Shown here in pieces: positions 20,201 through 29,380 of a stretch of 64,000 nucleotides of DNA. The notes under the pieces were generated by a model, which saw only the letters and a program-made list of their open reading frames with translations, was not told the DNA's origin and did not search any database. The stretch spans positions 1 through 64,000 of the IMG/VR virus record IMGVR_UViG_3300025096_000006; one strand, 5' to 3'. Each line of letters starts with the position of its first letter. Position 1 is the stretch's first letter. This DNA comes from a virus. The position numbers were made by a program, and so were the translations under genes.

Positions 20201-21987
20201 GTGCTGTGACCAAAAGTAATTGTTCTGTCTGTTCCGTCAGAATCGGGGCCAATTGTTAAAGAACCAGTCATGGACACGTGATTTCCAAATGTAGCTGCCC
20301 CAACAACATGAGATGTGCCTGAGCCCGACATAGCACCAGCCACCTTTAAAATGCTTCCATTAAATGTAAGATTTCCTTCTGAAGATACCGTACCGTCACC
20401 ATCATCTGTAAGAAGCTGGTTAGCGGCGCCGTCTACGCCAACTGGGTGCAAGTCGGAAACAACAAGAGTAGCGCCCGATCTGTCTAATCCAGTTGTGCCC
20501 ACTGTTCCTGCTAGCACATCAAGAAAATCTGATAACGTTTCCTTTCTGCTTCCATTAGAATCGTTAGCATCAATGAACACAAGCGAATCGCCATCTGCGA
20601 TTGTTGCGGCTGTAAGCTCATTTAAGTCAAGCGCAAGACTAACACCGCCGCTAGTTCCGCCTCCAGAAAGTCCATCGCCAGCAGTTACACCAGTAATATC
20701 ACCGGTTGCAGCCAAAGAGGTGCCCGATGTGATTTGAATATCATCGCCCGCATCTGTTGTGAAGTAAAGCGCGTTAGGAGTATCGTCCTTGACCCAAAGC
20801 TGTCCGTAAGCAGCGGTGTCGCTATCGGCGGCGCTTTGCTCTTTAAGAGTTACAGCACCTTCAACGGTCAACAATGTGCTGGGCGAAGTAAGTCCGATTC
20901 CGACTTTTCCAGCACTAGTAATTCGCATTCTTTCACGATCGGTGTCTGGCACCTGATCATCAGTTGCAGTATGGAAAACCATAGCGGCATCAGAATCAGC
21001 ATCACTAGCTTCTTCGCGAATGACTGCCACCGTACCACCGTAATTAGAGCCACCAGTTTCACCAACATAGAAATCAATTCCAGGACCATTGCCAATGTTC
21101 ATGTCAACGCCTTCGTCTTTAATCTCTAATCTCATTATTTCTTGGTGCGCACCAGCTGTAGTAGCCGCCTTTTGTACGACAATCGGCTCTCCCTTAATTG
21201 TTACGCCCGTTGTTCCATCATGAGTAATTGTAAAATCATCCCCGGCGCCCATTGAAAATACAGCGGAATCACTATCAAGTCGTAAATCATTCTCTACTCT
21301 AACTTCTGAGGAACCAGAAAGTACGATGTCGGTGGTGGAGTCTAGCGTTAGATTGCCAGTTGAATTGACAGAGACCGGCGTTGCAGCAATCGTGAGACCA
21401 GTTGTGCCGTCATGTGTTAAAGTAGCGTCATTGCCAATACCCATTGACAATACAGAAGAGTCGCTATCGAGTCGAAGATCGTTTTCAACTCTAACGTCAG
21501 TTGATCCTGAAAGCGTAACAGTCGCCCCGCCATCAATTATAGATGTATGCACAGCTCCAGCTGAACTATAAATAACGCCCTTGCTGTTGGCAACTGTTCC
21601 AGCGGAGGAACCGTCAAGTAAATTAAGCTCTTCGGGGGTAGAAGTAATAGATGTTGTGCTAGCTGCAGCCAAAACTGGCAAATAATAGTTGCCGGCGCTC
21701 ATGGCAGGCAGGTAAATAGTGGTATCAGCCCCAGGTGCGGCGCCTGTTCCGTCACCACCAGCATGAAGAGTGGTTTCATGCGCGTCAGCAGGTCCCTCAA
21801 AAATAAAAGAGCTAGTAATGTTGATAGTGGTACTATTAATGGAAGTCGTTGTACCGTGAACAGTTAAGTTACCAGACATATAAACATTACCAGTAACTTG
21901 CATTGATCCGGTAACTTTATATGAGCCAGAGACAGTGACGGTATCTCCTGTTGTTGGTAAAATATTATTTACGTAAATTGTTGACAT
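17269..21987 (-). CDS. Long modular fibre/spike-like virion protein (1572 aa)
   Basis: G/S/T/D/A-rich beta-type repeats; two copies of a ~110-aa module A and three copies of a ~105-aa module B, both shared with the 22359-25931 protein. Confidence 0.65.
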   Translation of the reverse strand: MSTIYVNNILPTTGDTVTVSGSYKVTGSMQVTGNVYMSGNLTVHGTTTSINSTTINITSSFIFEGPADAHETTLHAGGDGTGAAPGADTTIYLPAMSAGNYYLPVLAAASTTSITSTPEELNLLDGSSAGTVANSKGVIYSSAGAVHTSIIDGGATVTLSGSTDVRVENDLRLDSDSSVLSMGIGNDATLTHDGTTGLTIAATPVSVNSTGNLTLDSTTDIVLSGSSEVRVENDLRLDSDSAVFSMGAGDDFTITHDGTTGVTIKGEPIVVQKAATTAGAHQEIMRLEIKDEGVDMNIGNGPGIDFYVGETGGSNYGGTVAVIREEASDADSDAAMVFHTATDDQVPDTDRERMRITSAGKVGIGLTSPSTLLTVEGAVTLKEQSAADSDTAAYGQLWVKDDTPNALYFTTDAGDDIQITSGTSLAATGDITGVTAGDGLSGGGTSGGVSLALDLNELTAATIADGDSLVFIDANDSNGSRKETLSDFLDVLAGTVGTTGLDRSGATLVVSDLHPVGVDGAANQLLTDDGDGTVSSEGNLTFNGSILKVAGAMSGSGTSHVVGAATFGNHVSMTGSLTIGPDSDGTDRTITFGHSTLKTIMGIDDTADAFIINTDASFDGTLASNSLSIDASHNMIVAGNITGKGRVIVDDTTAATSTTDGSLQTDGGLSVALDAVVGDDLILLSDSSVIHFGTNSEITLTHEHDVGLILEGNGVTNCPVFTLKNTNADATGGSLKFLKDGSSVADADVIGNITFVSEDDGSNAHTYASIIGSISDMTAGTEGGKLELKVAEHDGTVTTGLKLQDGDADGEIDVTIGAGADSLTTIAGDLDIPNGGFALGSDASGDMYYRNASGVLTRIAVGSDNHVLTLDGAVPGWEAASGGGSGDVSAGSTFTTAGVIMACDGDDKTIDEPGTTLTTNNQGLTVSGVTKVGASAGSGQDFFAYTAGTAAHVGIQWDADGNTEGTLIGGADDHGVDFKFFGETSGKYVQWDMSGDELVLASSSKLSFHDAAGGENILASSNGHLEVNAGTTLDMTAPTTEIHASTVTTIDSPIVSVESSTSARPRVVIKNTTNDANAGVLRFVKDKGAAGAADDNVGVIEFYGDNAAQEQILFGRIRTRVAVHTDGDEGGKMHLSVASHDGGLNHGLVLTDGSADNEVDVTIGNGAASVTTTAGLLTATGEVKVGASAGSGADAFLYTAGTAAHVGIQWDADGNTEGMLIGGADDHGVDFKFFGESAGKFVHWDMSGDELVLGSSAKISFNDAGGDENIVASADGHLEINSGTTLDMTAPTIDLNASTAVTIDGPSVVITSATSEKPNVEIKNTNADANGPALQFTKNGSSVADNDVVGNIAFVSEDDGSNVHMYSAIVGSISDMTAGSEGGTLELKVAEHDGTVTTGIKLQDGNADGEIDVTIGAGGASVTKVNGKLRASGSIYNHFCSYDTSGDQQKAIPMHLGSAANLTSADATHSIVAPFDGRLVRAFIRTENAQNANVTFGIHKMSAGTAASDWTTATEIEQVVVSQGGAAAVGVYNTSGSAHWVAGDSIAFAVEPDSNPGNVNVTLVIEYDTSGI

Positions 21988-22027
21988 AGTTATTGGTTTC
22001 CTTGTTTAATAATTTGTACAGCATGAA

Positions 22028-22231
22028 TTAAGCATCTTGAATATCTACAATTTTTAAGCTAGCTCCAGAATTAACCACCAATGTTGCACCAGACTGAACA
22101 GTTATTGGGCCGTATAAAAGGCAATTCCAGTTCGCAGTGATAGAGGCATCCATCGCAGCGGTAATAATTGTAGCATTTGCAGGGAGATTTAGTCCCGCAG
22201 CGTTAATAAACGCCCATCCAAAATTTGCCAT
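22028..22231 (-). CDS. Small fibre-associated hypothetical protein
   Basis: 67 aa; LYGPITVQSGATLVVNSGASLKIV beta pattern typical of small proteins beside fibre genes. Confidence 0.6.
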   Translation of the reverse strand: MANFGWAFINAAGLNLPANATIITAAMDASITANWNCLLYGPITVQSGATLVVNSGASLKIVDIQDA

Positions 22232-22232
22232 A

Positions 22233-22286
22233 CTAAAGCGATCTCCCGAAACTAATCTGAGTGCTCATTAAATTGTTTTTAAACAT
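22233..22286 (-). CDS. Possible 17-aa upstream mini-ORF (MFKNNLMSTQISFGRSL)
   Basis: Strong AAGGGGAG SD before ATG 22286; its TAG lies 1 nt before the ATG at 22231. Confidence 0.35.
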   Translation of the reverse strand: MFKNNLMSTQISFGRSL

Positions 22287-22358
22287 TTAATTCTCCCCTT
22301 TCAATATAAATAGAAGCTGTATTGATAAGAGGCATTAAGAAGTAGTAAAATGTGTGGA

Positions 22359-25300
22359 CTAGTCTATTCCGTAATATTCAATGTAAATAAGAAGCGTGCC
22401 GCTAGATGCATCCGATGTGCCGTTACTAGTGCCGGCATTCATAACATATGGATACACATCAGCTGTTGTCATGAAGGATGGAGTATCATTAATATAGCTT
22501 TCTTTTGCTGCGGTCAAATCAATATCAACGGGCGATCCAACATTCGTTGAAGATCTTGTGGTTGAAGCACCACCGCCCAAAGCTTCTGAAGATGTAGATG
22601 CTGCATCGTAGTCAGCGGCGCGACCATCGCCGGCGTCAAAACGGATGTTAACATTATGTGTACCAAGATTACTAGCTGTTTTAACTATAGCCACAACTCT
22701 GGTTACAACTGAATCCTGTGGAATTTTATTACCAAACTGAACGCTTACCGTGTTGTCGGTAGTATCGCATTTACGAACATCAACTTCTTCGTATATAACT
22801 CTTCTAGCATCTCCCTGAAAGAAGTCTTCTGTGACCTTCATTTCACCGGCAATTGTTGTTAAAGATGCGGCGCCGTTTCCAATTGTTACATCAACTTCAT
22901 CTTCGGCATCTCCGTCTTGGATTGTTATTCCAGATTGCATTTCTCCATCATGTGTCGCAACCCTAAGCACCAATCGTCCACCTTCAGCACCATTAGATGC
23001 ATCGGCGACCTGTGCGCCAATAGAAGCAAACTCCATATTGGTCTCTGCATCATCGTCGCCATAAAACTCAATTGTCCCAATGTTGTCATTGTCTTCGCCA
23101 GCAGCACCTCGATCTTTGACAAAACGAAGGCGAGCACTGGCTGTGTCATCAGTGGTGTTTTTGATTATAACGAGTGGATCATTAGCATTAGCCGATCCAA
23201 AAGTAACAAGATCAGAATCAACCGTTACAGCAGTAGAGGCATTGATGTCAACTGTGGGGGCTGTCATGTCTAATGTTGTGCCAGCATTGACCTCAAGATG
23301 ACCGTCTGCAGAAGCAACGATATTCTCATCGCCACCAGCATCATTAAATGAAAGCTTGGCTGAAGATGCTAGAACAAGTTCATCTCCGGACATATCCCAA
23401 TGAACATACTTGCCGGATGATTCTCCGAAGAATTTGAAATCAACACCATGGTCATTGGCGCCACCAATTAATATGCCTTCTGTCTCGCCATCTGCATCCC
23501 ACTGGATACCAACATGCCCAGCAGTCCCGGCTGTATATAAATATGCGTCGACTCCGGAGCCGGCGGCGGTTCCAACTTTGAGAGGCCAAGACGACACAAC
23601 CTCGCTAGCTGAACCATCTACTACTACGGCATTAGTTGTTCCTATCCGCAAATTAATATCTTTAGAAGAGTCTTCTTGGCGTATAAAAAAGTTTTCAGCA
23701 GAGTTCATATACATGCTAACTTTATCTGTGCCCTCACTTTCGAAAACGATCTCCCTGCTATCAGCATCAGCTTTTCCAATTCTCAAGGCTTCGGTACCAG
23801 AACTGGAAAGATGAGTAGTTCCTGCCACCAGGACGTCCCCGCTAACAGTTAAATTATCACTAACTGTTGTTTCAGATGTCGTATGTCCGATTGTAACTGG
23901 ACCACCGCTGGCATTTCCTACAATAACTCCATGGTCTGTATCGCCAGAGATAGTAACACCGCCGGCGGTAGAGGTAATGCCGACTGCTGAAGCACCGGTT
24001 CCAGCATCGTTAACAATCGTAATTGTCTGGTTTGCGCCTGCATCTGCGTGTAATTTGATAGCATCTGCTGCGTTTTCATTTGCTGTGACAATAACTTGTC
24101 CTGCTTCTGCCCATATTCTTTTATCATCTGCACCATGAAGTCCGATTCCGCCGACTGTAGCTTCTATAAGAATCGCTCCTTCAGCTTCAGCGCCATCGTC
24201 TGTGCCACCATCATTGACAATTACAATTGTCTGACTTGTACCGGCATCCGCGTGAAGCTTAATGCATTCTGCGGCGTCTTCGTTTGCTGTAATAATTGCT
24301 CGACCACCCTCGGCCCAGAGGTCTTTTCCATCGGCCCATTTTAGTCCTATGCCGCCGGCGGTCGCCTCAAACAACATAGCGCCTTGGCCATATGCACCAT
24401 CAGTTGTACCGGCAGTGTTAGTAACAGAATATGCTTCGCTTCCAGCAGTGCCGTGTGGAGCAATAATAGTTTCGACGGCGCCATTCTTGCCTAATTTCAA
24501 TGTTTGACCGTCAGCTAAAGCCGCTCCAATTGTTATTGAGCCGGCACTAGAATCTAATGATGCGGCGCCTGTTACATCGATATCGAGAATTCCCGCATCG
24601 ATCTGAACTTCCGAATCAGCATGTGCATTAGCGTCAAGATGAAAAGCCACGCCGGCGACATGTGCCGAAGTGAGCGTAATGTGTCCATCTGCCGAAGTGG
24701 TTGCGATCTCAATCTCATCAGCGGCGTCAATATTAATAGTGTCTTGAACATCGATATCTATAATACCGGCATCAATATCTAAAATAGCGCCAGCAGCGGC
24801 ATTAGCGCTAATTAATATAGATTGACCAGCGGTATGAGCAGATGTAATTGCGATATGGCCATCGGCAGAAGTTGTATCAATTGTAATTTCGTCAGCAGCA
24901 TCGATGTCAAGCATGTCAGCTGCATCAATGTTAATTCCGCCGGCACTAGCATTCAAGTGAAGCGCGCTGGCGCCCGTACCTGCTGAAGCAAGACGAAGCT
25001 CTTGGGTGCTTCCGCCAGCTACGGCTATATCTAGGTCTTTTCCTGATCCTGTGACTGTAACGTTTGAATCATCAGTACCGTCAACCGAAAATATAGCCGT
25101 GTCAATCGTAGCTGTCGTAGAAGCATTAATATCAACGGTTGGCGCAGTCATGTCTAGCGTTGTGCCAGAATTAATCTCAAGATGTCCGTTTGAAGAGGCA
25201 ACAATATTTTCGCCGCCTGCAGCATCATGGAAAGAAAGCTTGGATGTAGCCGCAAGAACCAATTCGTCTCCAGACATATCCCACTGAATATAGTTTCCGG

Positions 25301-25931
25301 CGGTTTCTCCAAAGAATTTAAAATCAACACCGTGATCATCGGCGCCGCCAATGAGCATACCTTCAGTGGCACCGTCAGCATCCCATTGAATACCGACATG
25401 GGCGGCTGTTCCTGCTGTATATAGATAAGCGTCTACTCCGCTGCCTGCGGCGGAGCCAATTTTAAGAGCACCGGTCGATGTAATCGCACCAACTCCTAAA
25501 GTTCCCACACCACTCATGTTGGCGCTGTCGTCAACAGTGATGCTGGATCCTTGAGCGGTCTCTCCGCCTGTGCCATTTGAACGCAACAGTCGATTATCGC
25601 TGCTGCCTAAGCCAGAAAGGCTACCCGCAGCTGCCGCTAAGGCTCCGTCAGCAGTGATCGCAACATCTTGACCCGTATCATCAGTAAAGTATAAGTTACA
25701 TGGGGCATCTGACTTTACCCACAACTGACCATAAGCAGCCGTGTCGCTTGAAGCGTTAGCCGCTTCTTTTAATGTTATGGCTCCTTCAACAGTTAATTCG
25801 GTTTTTGGAGTGGTCAGTCCAATACCAATTCTATTGTTGGACGCATCAACCGATAAAGTGCCGGAATCGACCTCAAGGTCATCCGCATTCATTACTGTAA
25901 CATTAGTATTGCTAGCTTTAAATCCGCCCAT
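22359..25931 (-). CDS. Modular fibre/spike-like virion protein (1190 aa), paralog of 17269-21987
   Basis: N-terminal VDASNNRIGIG..TP...LTVEG fibre motif; two copies of module A, one of module B, plus DIDAADEI repeats. Confidence 0.65.
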   Translation of the reverse strand: MGGFKASNTNVTVMNADDLEVDSGTLSVDASNNRIGIGLTTPKTELTVEGAITLKEAANASSDTAAYGQLWVKSDAPCNLYFTDDTGQDVAITADGALAAAAGSLSGLGSSDNRLLRSNGTGGETAQGSSITVDDSANMSGVGTLGVGAITSTGALKIGSAAGSGVDAYLYTAGTAAHVGIQWDADGATEGMLIGGADDHGVDFKFFGETAGNYIQWDMSGDELVLAATSKLSFHDAAGGENIVASSNGHLEINSGTTLDMTAPTVDINASTTATIDTAIFSVDGTDDSNVTVTGSGKDLDIAVAGGSTQELRLASAGTGASALHLNASAGGINIDAADMLDIDAADEITIDTTSADGHIAITSAHTAGQSILISANAAAGAILDIDAGIIDIDVQDTINIDAADEIEIATTSADGHITLTSAHVAGVAFHLDANAHADSEVQIDAGILDIDVTGAASLDSSAGSITIGAALADGQTLKLGKNGAVETIIAPHGTAGSEAYSVTNTAGTTDGAYGQGAMLFEATAGGIGLKWADGKDLWAEGGRAIITANEDAAECIKLHADAGTSQTIVIVNDGGTDDGAEAEGAILIEATVGGIGLHGADDKRIWAEAGQVIVTANENAADAIKLHADAGANQTITIVNDAGTGASAVGITSTAGGVTISGDTDHGVIVGNASGGPVTIGHTTSETTVSDNLTVSGDVLVAGTTHLSSSGTEALRIGKADADSREIVFESEGTDKVSMYMNSAENFFIRQEDSSKDINLRIGTTNAVVVDGSASEVVSSWPLKVGTAAGSGVDAYLYTAGTAGHVGIQWDADGETEGILIGGANDHGVDFKFFGESSGKYVHWDMSGDELVLASSAKLSFNDAGGDENIVASADGHLEVNAGTTLDMTAPTVDINASTAVTVDSDLVTFGSANANDPLVIIKNTTDDTASARLRFVKDRGAAGEDNDNIGTIEFYGDDDAETNMEFASIGAQVADASNGAEGGRLVLRVATHDGEMQSGITIQDGDAEDEVDVTIGNGAASLTTIAGEMKVTEDFFQGDARRVIYEEVDVRKCDTTDNTVSVQFGNKIPQDSVVTRVVAIVKTASNLGTHNVNIRFDAGDGRAADYDAASTSSEALGGGASTTRSSTNVGSPVDIDLTAAKESYINDTPSFMTTADVYPYVMNAGTSNGTSDASSGTLLIYIEYYGID

Positions 25932-25935
25932 AACT

Positions 25936-26394
25936 TTACTCCGTTATGCCGGATCCGGTAAGATGATACATGGATCCGGTATCGATTGTGGTTAGTTCAG
26001 CAAAAACTTGATACTTCAAGTTATTGGTTCCAGACCGATTAGATATGTAAATCTTCTTACATCGGGTATCCATTGTTAAAGAAGAGTTTCCAGCTGGGAC
26101 CGTAACATAATGAAATCTTGCCAAAACATCGTCTGTAGCGGCGATGGTTTGGGCGCCAGCAGAACCTGGAACTGTTAATGCGGTAACAGCCGAACCACTA
26201 TTAAAATGTACGAATATATCTTCGCCAGAAGTTGAGTTAGTGTTTACAACAGTAAACGATCTACAAACATAAGGAAACTCAATCATATGGACCTTATTAT
26301 TATCTAAATCATCAGAACCCGTAACAAACGGATGACCTGAAATTTGATATGAACCAACATTTCGTAATCCCGGTGAGGGCCATTTCGTAGCCAT
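25936..26394 (-). CDS. Hypothetical virion-associated protein
   Basis: 152 aa; AGGAG SD; late motif upstream; ends LTGSGITE. Confidence 0.6.
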   Translation of the reverse strand: MATKWPSPGLRNVGSYQISGHPFVTGSDDLDNNKVHMIEFPYVCRSFTVVNTNSTSGEDIFVHFNSGSAVTALTVPGSAGAQTIAATDDVLARFHYVTVPAGNSSLTMDTRCKKIYISNRSGTNNLKYQVFAELTTIDTGSMYHLTGSGITE

Positions 26395-26430
26395 TTTTTA
26401 TCTCCTAGTTGTGCTTAATATAAATAGTCG

Positions 26431-26673
26431 CTAATTTCTTCTATTGCGCCTTTCTTGTGCTCTTCTCATTTTTTGTTGATCTCTCAAGCGTTTCTTAGCT
26501 GCGCGAAGTCTTTTTTCTTTTTTAACAATAGAAGGTTTTTTATAGTACCTGCGATCTTTTATTTCTTCTATGATTCTATTCTTTTTTACTTTTTTCATGA
26601 ATTTTCGAATCATTTTTTCATGATTGCCGCGGCATTCGCGCGCCGTAACTTGAGTATTTATTTTCTTCGCCAT
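26431..26673 (-). CDS. rpsU: Phage-encoded ribosomal protein bS21
   Basis: EKMIRKFMKKVKKNRIIEEIKDRRYYKKPSIVKKEK matches the bS21 core (E..LRRFKK......EE.R.R.YYEKPS). Confidence 0.85.
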   Translation of the reverse strand: MAKKINTQVTARECRGNHEKMIRKFMKKVKKNRIIEEIKDRRYYKKPSIVKKEKRLRAAKKRLRDQQKMRRAQERRNRRN

Positions 26674-26680
26674 TTTATAC

Positions 26681-27088
26681 CTATTTCATCGCTTTCCAAA
26701 TTTGAGAAGCATTTCCCATAATTGATGATATATCAACACCCGGATCATTAGAGTTTCCAAGATCCGCATGACCTGATTGAGAGCCCTCATCCGCAATAGG
26801 CTGTGTATTCTCAAATAGATTAACTCCATTATATGCATCGGAATTAATAGAATTCATCAGCTTGGCGCGGTGTTCTTTTAATTTTACCCTTGACTCAGCA
26901 GATTTGCGCTGAATATGTGAATCATCTGTGACTGTTGTCTTGGGAGCGCTTTCAACTATAAGAGCACCTTGCATTCCTTTGGCAACCTCAACAACAACGC
27001 TAGATAGAAGCCCTTCCTCTAGAAGGACTTCATGTATGCATTCTTTTACGAGAGGCTTAATCAGCTCTTTTAGATCTGATTTCTTCAT
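26681..27088 (-). CDS. Hypothetical head-module protein
   Basis: 135 aa; N-terminus MKKSDLKELIKPLVKECIHEVLLEE resembles the shared leader family. Confidence 0.7.
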   Translation of the reverse strand: MKKSDLKELIKPLVKECIHEVLLEEGLLSSVVVEVAKGMQGALIVESAPKTTVTDDSHIQRKSAESRVKLKEHRAKLMNSINSDAYNGVNLFENTQPIADEGSQSGHADLGNSNDPGVDISSIMGNASQIWKAMK

Positions 27089-27091
27089 ATA

Positions 27092-29380
27092 TCACCCTTT
27101 AAGTATACCAGCAATTTCACCCCAACGAGAGAAAGTGCTTAGCTCTTCTGCAAGCTGCTTAACCGTCTCAGCTTCCTCTTCCTCTTCTTCTTCTGCAGCT
27201 TGAGCTGCGGCACCAGGACCGCCTTTAACTGTTTCGGCTGCAGCTAGCTGGGCATCTGCACCAGGGCCGCCTTTAACTGTTTCGGCTGCGGCGGCTTGAG
27301 CTTCTGCTCCGGGTCCACCTTTAACCGTTTCAGCTGTTTCGGCGCCGGCTTCTGCAGGGCGAAGAGCCATGCTAGACTGAGGATCAAGTTTAACCTTGTG
27401 CTGTCTAAGCATTTGAACAATTGCAGCTTTCGCCAATTCTTTTTGAGCTGGGTCCTGAATTTGTTCTAAAGCCTCTAGTGTTTGTACAAGAGCGATCATT
27501 TCTCTTTTTGCCTCTTCAAGAACATTGAACCCAGCAGCAGTTAGATCCGAACGCAGACCCTTCAATAGGCGACTCATATCTCCGCCTTTAATGCCACCGC
27601 GTGCAAATTGTGATTGCATTCCCTTGCCTGCTTTGCCGCGGAAAACATAAATATCGCCGCGCTTTGCTGCTGTTTCTGGATCTACTTCGGGTCCGGTTGG
27701 TCCAGGTCCAGGAGTGGTTGGTCCAGGTCCAGGAGTGGTTGGTCCAGGTCCAGGTCCAACAGGTCCAGGTCCAACAGGGGGCTGATCGACGCCAGGGGTT
27801 TCAGTTCCAGGTCCAGGAGGCTGATCAACACCAGTTTGCTGACCGGTTTCCGGATCAACGCCGGGAGGAGGCTCTTCTTTTCCTTTGGTTTTTGGGGGAA
27901 TTTCCTGCTCGCCACCCTTGAGTGGAGACTTTGCCTCGTCGGCATCCGGAAGGGGAGCCATTACTTTAAGCAGATCGCCTAGTTGCTGGGTGCGTGAAGA
28001 TTTATACATCTTCCATCTACCAACAGCCAAAGCAGCGACTCCAGCAGCTACACCAGCGATACCCAACATTGTGGCGGTAGACATTCCGGCGCTGGCAGCT
28101 TGGGCGCCGGCGCTGGCAGCGGTGCCAGCCGTGCCTGTACGACTTCGTGCGGGCTCTTCATCTTCATAGGGCGCCTGCTCGGATGTGCCGGGCTCTTCAT
28201 CTTCATAGGGCGCCTGCTCGGATGTGCCGGGCTCTTCATCTTCATAGGGCGCCTGCTCGGATGTGCCGGGCTCTTCATCTTCGCCGGGGTCGGGATCGGG
28301 AGCCGTAGAACCCATTTTGGCGGTGCGGCTCGTGGGCTCATCATCTGAGGGAGGTGCTTCATATCTGCCTTGCTTCTCCGCGTCAGACATCAGCTGATCT
28401 TCGGATGCATCGTCACCGAAGCCGGCGTCTTCTAGGCGCTCCATGGCATCAGATTGCCTGCGGTTTAGATCGCCACCTCTTCCTTGTTTTCTCGTCTGAG
28501 TTCTTGCAAGCTGATCATACATGCGCTTGCCTCTCTTAACTTGTCTAACTGTCTGGCGTCCTTTCTGAATTGTATTCCAAATATCGAAGGCGGCACCAAC
28601 GCTGATCTCGTTCATAAGCTCGTTCTCAGTAAGTGGCTCCACGCTCCAGTCGCGATCTCTTCGTAGCATTTCGTTAGTATGTTTGTAAATATCAGCCAAC
28701 TGATACTCTCTTGCATGGTCAACCACTTTGCGCAATGCATTGATAACGCTGTTAGCTGCAACAGGATCATAGTCTCCTTTTTGAGCCGCTTCTAGGACGG
28801 AATCATACAATTGTGCAATCTCTGTGGCTGCATCTTTGAACTCTTGTGTACCTTTAGTATTTGGCCATCCGGGGTACTTATCCTGCAAACCCTTAACAAG
28901 AGATTGCACGCCTTGGTCAGCGGATGCATCAAGTGCTGCTTGCAATTCTTCTTGAGCCTGTTGAGTGCGGCGCCCTCTACCAAACATAGAGCCGCCTTTT
29001 TCTAAAGAACCAGCCTTGGATAGAAAGTGTTTAAATCCTTCCCAGCGACTATAACCGCCACCTTTTCCGCCTTCAGGCGCCTCTTCACCTTCTGCGCCCT
29101 CGGCGCCTTCTTCACCTTCAGGAGGAGCTTCGGCTTCTTCATCTTTTCCGCGACCAAACATTTTGCCAACGCCGCGCTTAAGAGCATCCCAGGCTCCTTC
29201 GTCAATTGAATGAATATCTACAGGATATCCTACTCTATTTTCAAGCAAATTTTTGATAAAAAGACTTTCAAAATCTTTTCTTTCGGCTGCAAGTTTTTTG
29301 TGCTCCTGCAGTATCTTCTTATTAAGTTTGTACTGTGCTTTTTCTTCTTCAATAATTCTTCTTAAAGTTTTTTTATCCAT
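27092..29380 (-). CDS. Large low-complexity protein, probable internal head/ejected protein
   Basis: Starts MDKKTLRRIIEEE; several tandem repeats; one hydrophobic segment (MLGIAGVAAGVAALAVGRW); ends RWGEIAGILKG, like the scaffold C-terminus; directly downstream of the prohead protease. Confidence 0.65.
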   Translation of the reverse strand: MDKKTLRRIIEEEKAQYKLNKKILQEHKKLAAERKDFESLFIKNLLENRVGYPVDIHSIDEGAWDALKRGVGKMFGRGKDEEAEAPPEGEEGAEGAEGEEAPEGGKGGGYSRWEGFKHFLSKAGSLEKGGSMFGRGRRTQQAQEELQAALDASADQGVQSLVKGLQDKYPGWPNTKGTQEFKDAATEIAQLYDSVLEAAQKGDYDPVAANSVINALRKVVDHAREYQLADIYKHTNEMLRRDRDWSVEPLTENELMNEISVGAAFDIWNTIQKGRQTVRQVKRGKRMYDQLARTQTRKQGRGGDLNRRQSDAMERLEDAGFGDDASEDQLMSDAEKQGRYEAPPSDDEPTSRTAKMGSTAPDPDPGEDEEPGTSEQAPYEDEEPGTSEQAPYEDEEPGTSEQAPYEDEEPARSRTGTAGTAASAGAQAASAGMSTATMLGIAGVAAGVAALAVGRWKMYKSSRTQQLGDLLKVMAPLPDADEAKSPLKGGEQEIPPKTKGKEEPPPGVDPETGQQTGVDQPPGPGTETPGVDQPPVGPGPVGPGPGPTTPGPGPTTPGPGPTGPEVDPETAAKRGDIYVFRGKAGKGMQSQFARGGIKGGDMSRLLKGLRSDLTAAGFNVLEEAKREMIALVQTLEALEQIQDPAQKELAKAAIVQMLRQHKVKLDPQSSMALRPAEAGAETAETVKGGPGAEAQAAAAETVKGGPGADAQLAAAETVKGGPGAAAQAAEEEEEEEAETVKQLAEELSTFSRWGEIAGILKG
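28150..28282. repeat. 39-bp tandem repeat, 3 full copies plus a partial (EDEEPGTSEQAPY)
   Basis: cgggctcttcatcttcatagggcgcctgctcggatgtgc repeated identically. Confidence 0.95.

Noticed and set aside
17269-25931. Fibre repeats as a diversity-generating retroelement TR/VR pair
   Set aside because: Differences between copies are mostly synonymous and not adenine-specific; no reverse transcriptase in the window.
28150-28282. 39-bp repeats as a CRISPR array
   Set aside because: Head-to-tail copies with no spacers, in frame within a CDS, and no cas genes.
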